Shown: in pieces, positions 1-11,336 of the stretch
How positions within the stretch are numbered: the first letter of the stretch is position 1
Layout of the letters: every line of letters begins with the position of its first letter
Assembly: GCF_000315625.1 (NCBI RefSeq)
Contig: NW_005434507.1
Span: 1-53,532, forward strand
Source: Guillardia theta CCMP2712
Taxonomy: Eukaryota; Protista; Cryptophyta
Direction of reading: 5' to 3'
Length of the DNA stretch: 53,532 bases
Notes under the pieces: generated by a model
Databases searched by the model: none
What the model was told of the DNA's origin: nothing
The model's input: only the letters and a program-made list of their open reading frames with translations
Translations under genes and position numbers: made by a program

Positions 1-21
1 TCGTCCTCGTCCCCCTCTCCC

Positions 22-26
22 CTTGC

Positions 27-80
<54 letters not shown>

Positions 81-87
81 GCTCCTG

Positions 88-130
<43 letters not shown>
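22..130. repeat. (CCTGCT)n microsatellite; the complementary (AGCAGG)n tract lies at ~590-711
   Basis: Directly visible hexanucleotide repeats. Confidence 0.95.
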
Positions 131-131
<1 letters not shown>

Positions 132-147
132 TCTTCTCACCAATCAG

Positions 148-634
148 AGAAAAACTTCCAGAAGAAATGTCCGGCCAAGTTCAGCAACAACTCCTGCACA
201 TCTTCCTCAGCACAGGGAGCGAGAGCAGAACTTTCTCATCACCGCAAGGAACAAAAGCGTGAACATGATGTCAAGGTTTTCAAACATTGTCGCTGATCTG
301 GTAGTGCCAACAACAGGGCAAGCAGGCAAGTCAGTGCAAAGGAAGGCTGTTACAAGGAAGGAGAGTACTTAGATCCTTGTTCTGGCAAGAGCTGAAGCTC
401 AGCAGCTGTAACGGCGAAGTTTCCGGCGATCAGGGCAGCGATCAGGGACTGGAAGAGGAAGTGAGCGGAAGGAAAAAAAGGGAAGGGAGGAAAAGAGAAC
501 GAGGAGGAGGAGGAGGAGTAAGATCATAAAGAATAGGAGGAGCAAGACGAACAGCAGAGATAGGAGCGAAAGGGGAAGAGGAGGAGCATGAGCAGGAGCA
601 GGGAGCAGGAGCAGGAGCAGGGGCAGGGGCAGGG

Positions 635-712
<78 letters not shown>

Positions 713-1414
713 TTTATCTCAAGATTTATCGCACGCGCTATCATGATACCTGGAATGGACGGTAGTTGTAAAATTTAGAAAGCTGCTCTTGAGATCTGGT
801 GACTGAAGATGGAGAAGGAAGCAAAGAAGACCATTGTGATAATGATTGAGGAGGAGGATGAGGAGGAGGAGGAGAAAAGGAGGAGGAGAAGGAGGAGGAG
901 AAATGGAGGAGGAGGAGAAGTTACCAAGCAGAACAAGAACGATCGAACATGAATATAAATCAAGAAATGATTCAGCTGACATCATTCAAAATCATCAGGT
1001 AGACAAAAAGTGACTAGAAAAGAACTGAAAGGCGACAGGTATGGAAATCGATCATCAACACTGTCATCAACACTGTCAGCACAACAAAACACTCAAATCA
1101 ATATTGTTCTTGTTCTTTGACATACTGAAATTTTCTCGTTTCCATCTTTTAGTCGCCGTTGCCTTCGTCTCCTTGATCTTCACATCAAGTAGTTCACTCT
1201 CACATCTTCATGAATGTTCACTTGTCATGCCTTAGTCAGCCAATTCGCGGTTTCTCTTGACGACCCTGTCATGCTCCGAAAGTGATACGTACGACCTGTG
1301 TGTCGTCATCGCACAACCGACATTACAATTCTCATCAACATCGTCATCATCATCATCATCATCTCCATCTCCATCTCCATCTCCATCATCATCATCGTAT
1401 CTCCATCATCATCA

Positions 1415-1449
<35 letters not shown>

Positions 1450-3000
1450 TCCTTCTTCAATATCAATTTGAGGAGATACACGTATTGGCAAAGGTTGCAG
1501 GAAAGGGAGAGGGAACATACCAATGCAATCGAAACATCATCGAATATAGTTGAAGCAGCACCTGAGTTGTATCCATCCAGAGATGTCAAGATGTAGAATT
1601 CAGAGTTTGCATCGATGGCTCTGCCTCATCGTATCAAACAAACATGAACAAGAACAATCCTCGCCTCCCTCCTCTCCTCTCCTCTCCTCTCCTTCTCCTT
1701 CGTCCTCGTCCCTCTCCTCTCCTCGTCCTCTCCTCTCCTCTCCTCTCCTCTCCTCTCCTCTCCTCTCCTCTCCTCTCCTCTCCTCTCCTCTCCTCTCCTC
1801 TCCTCTCCTCTCCTCTCCTCTCCTCTCCTCTCCTCTCCTCTCCTCTCCTCTCCTCTCCTCTCCTCTCCTCTCCTCTCTTCTCCTCCCCTCTCCTCACTTC
1901 CAACATTTTTGTCATTCCCTATTCCATAATCATCACCATCTTCATCTCCATCATCATCGTCTCGATGGTCATCCTCCTCCCCCTCCTCCCCCTCCTCCCC
2001 TCCCCTCCCCTCATCAGCATCATCATCATCATCATCATCATTATCATTTCATGATAATTTCATCATCACCACCACAACATATCTATCAGCAAACAGCTTC
2101 TTCTTCCTCGGCATCAATCTCACGTCGACTCATGCTTGATCGCAGTTGGAGGAGATCCAATCTCAACAGAGACTATCTGTTAACACAAGATGAGCAATTT
2201 GCATCACAGCTCCTTACACGTCGACCTCGTGCAACGGTATGGAATCAAGAACCTTCCGAAGCGTTATCAACACGCGCAAACCAAGACTTTATCAACAATG
2301 ATACTCCGGACGAGAATAAGAAACACAATGAGGAAGAGGACGAGGACGAGGATAACGACGACGATGATGACGATGAAGAGGACGAGGAAGGCAGGGGGAG
2401 TGGGAGACGGAGGAGCAGAAGGATGAGGAGGAGAGCACAACAACACAAACATGGTGGCCAAACCTTGTTCCCACCATCCCAGGAGAGAGCAAGCTCTCTC
2501 GGTGAAAGCACAACCCTTCTCTGCAGCAGCGTCTCAGCTCGACGAGCTCACCAGCTGGCCAAGAGCTGGAGCACTCCTCCCTTACCAGCTGCCACTCCCC
2601 TCCCCACACGCTGTAGTAGAAACTGCAGACGAGAAACCGTGAGCAGCAGGATCAAGACAGCGAAGGGTGCTCTACGTTGACTCTGAGATCTTCTGCGCAT
2701 TGCTCGGCATGTCCCGTTGCTCGTTGCCGTCATCGAGGTCGTTGGCATGGAACAGCCTCTTGGAGATCGATCGTGTGAAGTTGGCAGTGGAGGCTACGAA
2801 CGCCATGGCAGCTGGCAAGCTCCCGTTAGTCTTGGTGGCTGGTCAGCTGGGAAGTGGAGGTACCTCAGATGTATCAGAGGGAGTGAAGTTTTCTTCTTCC
2901 TACCCACACCTTCCTCGTCTTTGAGTTTGCTGCTGCAGGTGTGCTATGCCAGGGTCGACCTGAGTTCATCTCTTAGAGTTGCTACACTCAGAGCCCTCTA
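148..3000 (+). CDS. Probable multi-exon gene of unknown function, 5' end likely outside the window; exon structure unresolved
   Basis: Complex-sequence blocks bounded by AG/GT between microsatellite tracts, e.g. ~148-259, ~407-460 joined to ~711-761 (AVTAKFPAIRAAIRDWKRK|IYLKIYRTRYHDTWNG), ~2484-2638, ~2738-2860. No family motif recognised. Confidence 0.35.
1660..1895. repeat. (CTCTC)n pentanucleotide microsatellite
   Basis: Directly visible; produces the spurious PLLSS/ERRGE ORFs. Confidence 0.95.
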
Positions 3001-3886
3001 CCCTCCCTAACTCAATCCTTCACCATCCTCCTCTCCTCTCCTCTCCTCTCCTCCCCTCTCCTCTCCTCCCCTCCCCTCCCCTCCCCTCCCCTCCCCTCCC
3101 CTCCCCTCCCCTCTCCTCTCCTNNNNNNNNNNNNNNNNNNNNNNNNNNNNNNNNNNNNNNNNNNNNNNNNNNNNNNNNNNNNNNNNNNNNNNNNNNNNNN
3201 NNNNNNNNNNNNNNNNNNNNNNCCCCTCCCCTCCTCCTCTCTTCTCCTCTCCTCTCCTCTCCTCTCCTCTCCTCTCCGCGCTCTTCCTCCCTTCAGCGGC
3301 TTGCATGAAAATCTCCAACAAGCAGTCAAACGCGCTGACTGTTTTCAAGGCTAGTCAATCAACGACCGGCCCCGCAGCAGTCGGTGGCACCCCCGCGGCA
3401 GCCCCCACGGCCCGACTCTGCCCGGCAGTCACGTACGCCGCGGCCCGGCGGCCGGGCCGGGCAGCAGTGCGGCCCGGCGACTCAGCCTGCCCGGCAGTGA
3501 CGCCGCCGACGGTCGCGGGGCGGCGGCAAGACGGACTCTGTACTCTAAGTGCCATCCGGCCGAAGGACCGTGAGGCGGAAGTGCAAGAAACTTGCCTTGA
3601 ACTGACCATCATGCCGCAGTGAGCGCGGCCGTGCGGCCGCGATCAGCGGCCGGGCGCCGGAGGCTGGCAGCGGGCCCCCTCCGCAGTGCAAAGCATACCG
3701 TCGATCCGGGCAAAGTTTGCCACTTCCGAAGTTCAGTGAGTCACTCTTTCGGCGCCGAAGGCCCGGGCCTCAGTCACTGGCTGTCACGTGACTCACCGGG
3801 CTGGGACGGTCCGACGTCACTGCCACGAGTCACGCGCCGGCGCTCGGCGTGAATGCTTCGGCGTGAGTCGATATCGCGCCATATCC

Positions 3887-4412
3887 ATGCGACTCGGAGG
3901 AGGCTTCCTCCTCCTCTCCTCCTGCCCCCTCCCTCCTGACTTCTTCTCCCTCCCCCTCTCCTCCTGCCCCTGCGGTGCCCCTCGCCTACACGACGACGGC
4001 CCGGGCCCTGCCTCTTCTGCTCCTCGACTCAAGCTGACCCCCTCCCTGAGCAAGCGGACGCTGAGGAGGAGCAGCTGTCCTCGCCTTCCCCCGACGACTC
4101 TGCCGGGCTGAGCTCTTGCTCGGACCTCCTCCTCGCATCCCAAGACCGATCCCGCTGGGACGCCGACGCCCGCAGGACCCACAGCCAGGCCTGCACGGGC
4201 AAGAGCCGGCTGAGCGCGCAGGAGAGGCTCGACATCGTGTGCATGTACTACACGGCACCGGCAAAGACGAGCTGCCGGAGGACGGTGCACCAGTGGGACA
4301 TCGCCAAGGCGTACGGGAAGAGCCGAAGAGGAAGAAGCGGGCTATGCAGCATCATTTGGAGGGAAAGAACCAAGGGCAGAAGCATTGTGCTGAGCTCAAG
4401 CATCAGCGTTAG
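3887..4412 (+). pseudogene. HTH family copy 1, subfamily I, disrupted
   Basis: Encodes SRWDADARRTHSQACTGKSRLSAQERLDIVCMYYTAPAKTSCRRTVHQWDIAKAYGKSR. A ~100-bp deletion relative to copy 3 then removes AAISKVLK onward, and there is an upstream frameshift near 4000. Confidence 0.75.
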
Positions 4413-4870
4413 CGGATGAACAAGAAGAAGGAGGAGAAGAAGAAGAAGAAGAAGGAGAACAAGAAGAAGAAGAAGAAGAAGAAAGGAGGAGGGAGAGGAG
4501 GAGGAGGAGGGGGAGGAGTCCTGCTCTGTCAAGTTTTGTCTGGTGCTGTCCTCTCCTGTCCTCTTCTGTCCTGTCCTGTCCTCTCCTGTCCTGTCCCGGC
4601 CTCCTGTCCTCTGCTCTGCTCTGCTCTCCTCTCCTCTCGTCTCCTCTCCGCTCTGCTCCGCGCTCTTCTCCCCTTGCTTGCATGAAACCTCTCAGTCTCG
4701 AAAAAGCAACAAGGCTAGTCAATCAAAGACGGCCAAGTTTCCGAATCAGTACTGAGTGCCCGGCCTCTTCCGCCGGGCCCGGGCCCGGCCGGCCGGGGCT
4801 TGCCCTGTCACAGAAGTTCTAGGCTAACGGAGTTATATAGTAGTAAACCGAAGGAACTCACTTGCGACCT

Positions 4871-5195
4871 CTTTACTCAAAGTTAAGTTAAAAATCAGTA
4901 CGAGGACAATCAGGAGAGTCGAGGAGGCTTGACCCTGACACTGTCGCACAGGCCAAACGGACCCAATCGGGCCTGCCAACTGCTGTCCCCCAAACTTAAC
5001 TGATACCTTTACTTAACAGCGCGCAGGCGACCAGCGCCATGCCAGGGATGTCGCTGTGGCCGCCGCCGAAGGAATGAGACGCATACCGGCCCGGGAATGC
5101 ACCCGCGATGATGGTAGCGAAGGACAGGGAGGCCTTGAGCTGACGAAAGATCCTGGACCGGATGCATTTGCAAGTCGGATCACCTGAGACGTCTA
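4871..5195 (-). mobile_element. Dispersed repeat, longest copy in the window; probable 3' end of a non-LTR retroelement or SINE-like element
   Basis: Minus strand ends ...CTCTCCTGATTGTCCTCGTACTGATTTTTAACTTAACTTTGAGTAAA. Homologous pieces at ~14545-14640, ~17614-17659, ~32940-33155, ~35845-35993, 43696-43743, 48698-48747 and 48901-48957. Confidence 0.6.
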
Positions 5196-5879
5196 GATAC
5201 CGTTCTCGATTTTTGCGTGTCATATTAAGAATGGAATGTGAAGAAGAAGAGGAAGATGTAAGGGGACAGATAGAATCAGTGAGTGGAATCTGTAAGAGAT
5301 TGGATGGGAAAGAGATTGGATCTGTAAGAGATTGGTCAACCCGAAGACCTCCTCTTGGAGTTCTGTAAGCCAACTGATTACTTTGCTGTGTGAGAAGAGA
5401 GCTTGTTGCTTGTCAGCAGCTTCGGAGTTGAGCACGAAATCGCAGTCCAACCCCTGAGAAGATCAAGAGTTGCTGGAAAGACGGGGGTCGGTTTCTTTGT
5501 ACATGAGGAAATGCTCGCACCAGCAAATGTCTTCGTTGCGCTAGTGATAATGACGAAAAAACCACTTGAAGTTTAAGTTTCAGTCAAACATGTCTCTAAG
5601 GTCTGGCGTCAGGCATGTTTCCAGAAGGAACAACCGCTCAAAGACTTTCGGTGGAAGATTGATACAACCATATATTGGAGTCCTACAAAGGTCTTCATAG
5701 ATGAGGCGGCAGTGGGTGTCACGAAATTGACCTTAGCTCGGGAAAGGATGCAAATCCGTTGACGGAAGAGAATTACATGGGCGTAAGAAGATAGGATCGT
5801 GGGCAGCCTGACATATGTCACATTTAGTTGGGATGTCATCTGTAGATCCGTGAATACGGTTCAGATCCTGCTGCATGCA

Positions 5880-6529
5880 ACACATCTGATGGCAAGATGA
5901 TCATATGTGCGTTGGTGTTCCGAGCCTGGAGGATTTGAAACGCAAGGTTGCAGAAAACAACGATTCAGTCGCAGGCATGCTGAAGGAGATTCCGGAGATA
6001 GGGCAACATGCGACAGAACACCAGGAACAGGAAGAGGAACCTGACCTCGGAGACGTAAAAGCTGGCGCACTGCTGAATCGGAGCACTGTACAGTGTGTCA
6101 ATGGATCGAGCTGGCGTTATTCACACTGTGACTCAGACTGATCAAGCTGATCTGAAAACGATTCGAATTTCTGGAGAAACGAAATGTTTCAACAGTGCAT
6201 GGAATCTTTATCACTCTGGCAAACATGCCAAAGGGATACCTCCTTCGGAGAAAATGCAACGAGCAAATTTTGACAGAGCATGCAGCAAACGGTTTGCAGG
6301 CATAGCTTATCTCATGAAGTGCTTTGACCAATTCATCCGGAGAAGTGTAATGGAACTGAATTCCTTCTTTGATAGTCGGTGAGAATCTTTGATGTTTCAA
6401 GGCCGAGATGAAACATTCAAGAAATATCTAAAAGATTTCATCTCGTGGCTCAATCAGAGAGAAGGGGCAGAGAGCTCAAGTGATAGGAGTGGGCAGTTTG
6501 CACAGACAAGGTACTTCAAGAACATGTGA
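5880..6529 (+). mobile_element. Degenerate ORF remnant resembling the C-terminal GCR1_C-like region of Crypton-type elements
   Basis: Broken reading frames give ...MCVGVPSLEDL... followed by SAWNLYHSGKHAKGIPP, similar to the W-x-L-W/Y-x-x-G-x4-GIPP pattern. Recognised by eye only. Confidence 0.25.
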
Positions 6530-6853
6530 AAGAAAGAAGCAAAAACATATAATTCATTGTCAAGTGACAGTGAATGATATCCTAAGTTGTAATAAACACA
6601 AGTTGCTCTGGTAAATCTTGTGAAACCTCGTTAGACGTTGCTCAGTTCTGGGTCAAGCAGCGAGATGGAGCTCAGAAATTTGGCCGCAGTTAGTGTTTTG
6701 AGTCTTGGACCTCTGAGGCGGGTGCCGTGTGTAAGTGTTTCAGGGTAGGGTGGGTGGATGGGTGAGGTCCTAAAAAGGTCTCTTGGTGGGGTAGGGGTCA
6801 TATTCGAAAGAAGGTTATGTGAATGTCGGCACACAGCAAACACAACTAGTTTG

Positions 6854-7130
6854 AAGCAAATAATGTGATATAACGTTAAACTTGAAACAAACACTAAGCA
6901 AATAATGTGATATAACGTTAAACTTGAAACAAACACTAAGCAAATAATGTGATATAACGTTAAACTTGAAACAAACACTAAGCAAATAATGTGATATAAC
7001 GTTAAACTTGAAACAAACACTAAGCAAATAATGTGATATAACGTTAAACTTGAAACAAACACTAAGCAAATAATGTGATATAACGTTAAACTTGAAACAA
7101 ACACTAAGCAAATAATGTGATACAACGTTA
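6854..7130. repeat. 42-bp AT-rich minisatellite, about 6.6 near-perfect copies
   Basis: Unit AAGCAAATAATGTGATATAACGTTAAACTTGAAACAAACACT with no spacers. Confidence 0.95.
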
Positions 7131-7520
7131 ATCATTAGAGAGCTCTAACAATGAAAATGAACCAGCTCAGACAGACTACCTTCACTGTACCTCCACCCCC
7201 TCCACAGAAGGGTTGAGAGGGGGTTCAGCAGGAACTTCAAGATCTCGAAAAAAAGAAGTATACTTCTTATACTTCTTATAATAGACCAGGGGGGCATGGG
7301 CCGAAGTACTCACCGGTCCTGGTTGTTTTGCTCGAGGGGGTGGGGGTCCCACGGATCCGGGAAAAAGGGGCACAAGCTGGGACCGTTGCAAGACCGTTGA
7401 CGACCCTCCGCGGGACCCCCTTTTACCGGCGCTTCACCGATGGGGGGACGGGGGTACGGGGGTACGGGTACCCGATAAAGATCCAGCCCCTCCTCCTCTC
7501 CTCCCTCCGCAGCTCCTGCC

Positions 7521-8029
7521 ATGTCCCCGTCTCTACCTTTCCTCCTCCCTCAAGACCCCTCCTTCCACCCCTCCTCCCTCCTCCCCATCGACCCCGTCGA
7601 CGTCCCAGACCCCTCCGCTTCTACCAGTGATGACCGCTGCCTGTCGCCTTGCAGTGTGCTTCACCTCCCCCTCCTCCCTGAGGACCCTTCCTGGCCCGTC
7701 GATGCCCCCGACTGTCTGTTCTGGCCCGACGACCCCTCCCTCGACTCCCTCGCGGCTCCCGTGGACGCGAGCTGGGGGTCGGAGACCGGCCGCTGGGACG
7801 CGGCGGCGCGGAGCAAGCACAGCTCGGCGTGCATGGGCAGGAGCCGGCTGACCGATCAGGAGAAGCTCGACATCGTCTGCCTCTACTACTCCGCGCCGAC
7901 CACGACCTCAGCAAGGTGCTGAGGCCGGAGAACGCGAGGGGGGTCATGACGACGGCGCAAGGGCTCATGGTCAGGAGCCGCAACGAGATCCTCGAGAGCA
8001 TCGCGAAGTTGTCAACCCCCGAGGGTTAA
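7521..8029 (+). pseudogene. HTH family copy 2, subfamily II, internal deletion with frameshift
   Basis: MSPSLP...SRLTDQEKLDIVCLYYSAPTTT is joined out of frame to SKVLRPENARGVMTTAQGLMVRSRNEIL; the helix-2/turn segment is missing. Confidence 0.8.
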
Positions 8030-8177
8030 TATCATGAACCTTCAGCCTAGCTCAACATAAACGTCCATCTATCTCTCTCTATTCTCGCACAACAAACAAG
8101 TCAAGCCAACACTCACTGATAGCTCGCGTCCACGGGAGCCAACACTCACGGGATGCTCAACACCTGAGGAGGAAAGC

Positions 8178-8571
8178 TTGTCAACATCCAAGGACAGAAC
8201 ACCCCTACTGTCCTCGCCCTCCCCCTACGACTCTGCGGGGCCGAGCCCTTGCTCGGATCTCCTCCTCGCCTCCCAAGACCGACCAGAGGCTCAACAACGT
8301 GTGCATGTACTACTCGGCGCCAGCATCGACGAGCTTCCGGAGGACGGTGCACCAGTGGGACATCGCCAAGGCGTACGGGAAGAGCCGAGCGGCGATCAGC
8401 AAGGTGCTGAAGCCGGAGTACGCGATAGGGGTGATGAAGACGAAGAAGCGAGCGGGGGTGATGAAGAGGATCAAGGAGGAGGCGAAGAGGAAGAAGCGGG
8501 CTATGCAGCATCATTTGGAGGGAAAGAACCAAGGGCAGGAGCATTGTGCTGAGCTCAAGCATCAGCGTTAG
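8178..8571 (+). pseudogene. HTH family copy 3, subfamily I, 5'-truncated or deleted
   Basis: CMYYSAPASTSFRRTVHQWDIAKAYGKSRAAISKVLKPEYAIGVMKT... is intact, but the SRLSAQEKLDIV helix is mostly deleted. Confidence 0.7.
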
Positions 8572-9016
8572 CGGATGAACAAGAAGGAGAAGAAGGAGAA
8601 GAAGGAGAACAAGAAGAAGAAAAGAAGAAGAAGAAGAAGAAGAAGTCTCGCCTCGTCTCTCCTCTCGTCTCCTCTCGTCTCCTCTCGCCTCCTCTCGTCT
8701 CCTCTCGTCTCCTCTCGTCTTCTGTCCTGTCCTGTCCTCTGCTCTGCTCTGCTCTGCTCAGTCCAAATACTCGATTCTTTCGCTGTTGATCCTTATTCGG
8801 CCTGTATTCTGTGCGCCTTCTCGTTAAGAGTGGTTTGCCAACGTTGGTTCAGGACGATGATAAGGGAGAAGAACAAGTCAAGGCTGTTGTATCCATGACA
8901 TTCGGAGGATGCGTCATCTGCTTTCGATCTCCTTCCTCCTCGCACACGCGCGGATAGCGTGGTGCTTGTGCATAGAGTTCTTCAAGTGAACTTAGAGACT
9001 TTGTCTTTTGAAAATC

Positions 9017-9108
9017 TATCTTCTCTCGTCCTTACACTATCTTCTCTCGTCCTTACACTGCTGTATCTTCTCTCGTCCTTACACTGCTGTATCTTCTCTC
9101 GTCCTTAG
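9017..9108. repeat. ~22-26-bp tandem repeat, about 4 copies
   Basis: Unit TATCTTCTCTCGTCCTTACAC(TGCTG). Confidence 0.85.
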
Positions 9109-9367
9109 ACCACTCCTCGTCTACCTCCTCGTCCTCGTCTCTTCACCATGCCGCCTTCTGCGGCCGATTTTTCGTGCTTGTGTTGTGCTCGTGCTCTATA
9201 ATCGACGCAGCAGCGATCGCTCTGGTAACCTCTCTCTCTGATCTCAAGGACGTGTGTACAGCACCACCCCTCCCCCCCTCCCCTCCATGCCCATCCCCGT
9301 ATCTGCCCTTTCCCTGTATACGCCAGGACCAGATCCTGAGCAGCATCACAGTGTCTCCTCCTGCCTC

Positions 9368-9991
9368 TCAGCCAGGGAGCTTGAGAGCTGTGCTGGTCGG
9401 CGGGGGCTCCTCCTTGAGACGCTCCTCCTTGGCGATGTTGTCGAGGATCTCGTTGCGGCTCCTGACCACGAGCCCTCGAGCCGTCGCCATGACCCCCCTC
9501 GCGTACTCCGGCCTCAGCACCTTGCAGATCGCCGCACGGCTCTTGCCGTACATCCTTGACAGGTCCTGCTGTCGTATCGCCCGTCGGTGCTTGGTCGTGG
9601 TCGGGGCGGAGTANNNNNNNNNNNNNNNNNNNNNNNNNNNNNNNNNNNNNNNNNNNNNNNNNNNNNNNNNNNNNNNNNNNNNNNNNNNNNNNNNNNNNNN
9701 NNNNNNNNNNNNNNNNNNNNNNNNNNNNNNNNNNNNNNNNNNNNNNNNNNNNNNNNNNNNNNNNNNNNNNNNNNNNNNNNNNNNNNNNNNNNNNNNNNNN
9801 NNNNNNNNNNNNNNNNNNNNNNNNNNNNNNNNNNNNNNNNNNNNNNNNNNNNNNNNNNNNNNNNNNNNNNNNNNNNNNNNNNNNNNNNNNNNNNNNNNNN
9901 NNNNNNNNNNNNNNNNNNNNNNNNNNNNNNNNNNNNNNNNNNNNNCTTGAGGGAGGAAGGAAGGGAGGAGGGAGGGTAGAGATGGGAGCAT
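9368..9991 (-). CDS. HTH family copy 4, subfamily II, interrupted by an assembly gap
   Basis: Both ends match copy 5 (MLPSLPSLLPSFLPQ ... YSAPTTTKHRRAIRQQDLSRMYGKSRAAICKVLRPEYARGVMATARG); same 624-nt span. Confidence 0.7.
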   Translation of the reverse strand: MLPSLPSLLPSFLPQXXXXXXXXXXXXXXXXXXXXXXXXXXXXXXXXXXXXXXXXXXXXXXXXXXXXXXXXXXXXXXXXXXXXXXXXXXXXXXXXXXXXXXXXXXXXXXXXXXXXXXXXXXXXXXXYSAPTTTKHRRAIRQQDLSRMYGKSRAAICKVLRPEYARGVMATARGLVVRSRNEILDNIAKEERLKEEPPPTSTALKLPG

Positions 9992-11336
9992 GGCAGGAGC
10001 TGCGGAGGGAGGGGAAGGAGGTTTTGAAAGGAGGTAGCAGGGGGGAGGTACACTCCCCAACTCCGACGACCCGCGGACCCCCACCTCCTCAGAGGCCATC
10101 AAGCAGCACCGGTGAGTACTTTCAACATGTTCTTCATCCCTCGACTCGATCGGTCCCCGTACCCCCGTACCCCCGTACCCCCTTTTCCTCATGATAGTGC
10201 CCGGGTAAAAGGGGGGTGCGGAGGGTCGTCAACGGTCCCTCTCCGGAAGTAACTTATTATCTTTCTCTTGTTCCCCGATCCGTGGACCCCCACCCCCTCG
10301 AACCCATGAACAAGGACCGGTGAGTACTTCGGCTCAGGAGCGCCATGCGACTTTTATCCCCTGGTGGATTATAAGAAGTACACTTCTTTTTTTCGAGATC
10401 TTCCTGCCGCACCCCCTTTGATCCACCTTGTAGAGGGGGTGGAGGTACCGGGACAAGGCCGGGGCAACAAGACGACTGCCTGGCTCCCTCCTCGTCTTCT
10501 CCCTCGTCCCCGTCGCTTGTGCCTTGCTCGTGCTCGACTCAAGACACGCCGTGGACCACCAACACGCGAGCTGAGAACGACTCGATCATCGTACGGCCAT
10601 AAGCCATGGCTACAGGCCGTAGGTAGATACAAGCGTGCAGAATAAGGCTCAGGCAGCACAAAGTACTTGGTTGTAGTCCAGCTTTCATCGCCGAAGCTCT
10701 TTTATGTATGACATGAATGTCAGTCAGGTATGCCAAGCGCGATCAGCGACGGCCCTACCTTCTCCCATGCCAGGAGGGAGTGAGAAGCGAGCAGATTTTC
10801 CTCTTGTCTATCGATGAGCACAGCCCCAGTCGTCACTCACATGCCCAGTAGAAGGTAATCCATCGCCACTTTCTCTCTCTCTCTTTGCCTCCCTCGTCCT
10901 GATCTCCTCCTCTGCGGCCGATGGCTTCATCATCACTCCTGTCTCATGACTGACGGCACAACGACTCCAAGTCCAGGGCTGCGAGGCCCTCGGGGGGTCC
11001 CGGGCAGCGTCGTGGGGGACTCAATAGCATCAAGCAGGAGCCCGTCAAGCGCTTGTCCTGATGACTCATGATACGGCACACCGTGCCCCGCGCGTGTAGT
11101 GAGTAGTTTAGTCAGCGTCCTAGCCGACGGCGGTAGCCTTTCGTGCTCGTGTTGTGCTCGTGCTCTATAATCGACGCAGCAGCGATCGCTCTGGTAACCT
11201 CTCTCTCTGATCTCAAGGACGTGTGTACAGCACCACCCCTCCCCCCCTCCCCTCCATGCCCATCCCCGTATCTGCCCTTTCCCTGTATACGCCAGGACCA
11301 GATCCTGAGCAGCATCACAGTGTCTCCTCCTGCCTC

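Noticed and set aside
442-3348. Long ORFs made of PA, PLLSS, ERRGE, poly-H or poly-D
   Set aside because: Translations of microsatellites, mostly intronic; the same applies at 24300-24800, 25700-26270 and 28500-30400
5040-5170. GRYASHSFGGG resembling the tyrosine-recombinase HSxR motif
   Set aside because: The catalytic Arg is absent here and in the 35.9-kb copy, and no downstream W/Y motif is seen
5580-5765. VFIDEAAVG resembling the first Asp motif of an IS630/Tc1 transposase
   Set aside because: Single short motif bounded by stops, with no recognisable downstream D..E residues; too weak to call
6854-7130. CRISPR array interpretation of the 42-bp, 19/23-bp and 11-bp repeats
   Set aside because: Units are contiguous with no unique spacers, no cas genes are present, and the context is eukaryotic
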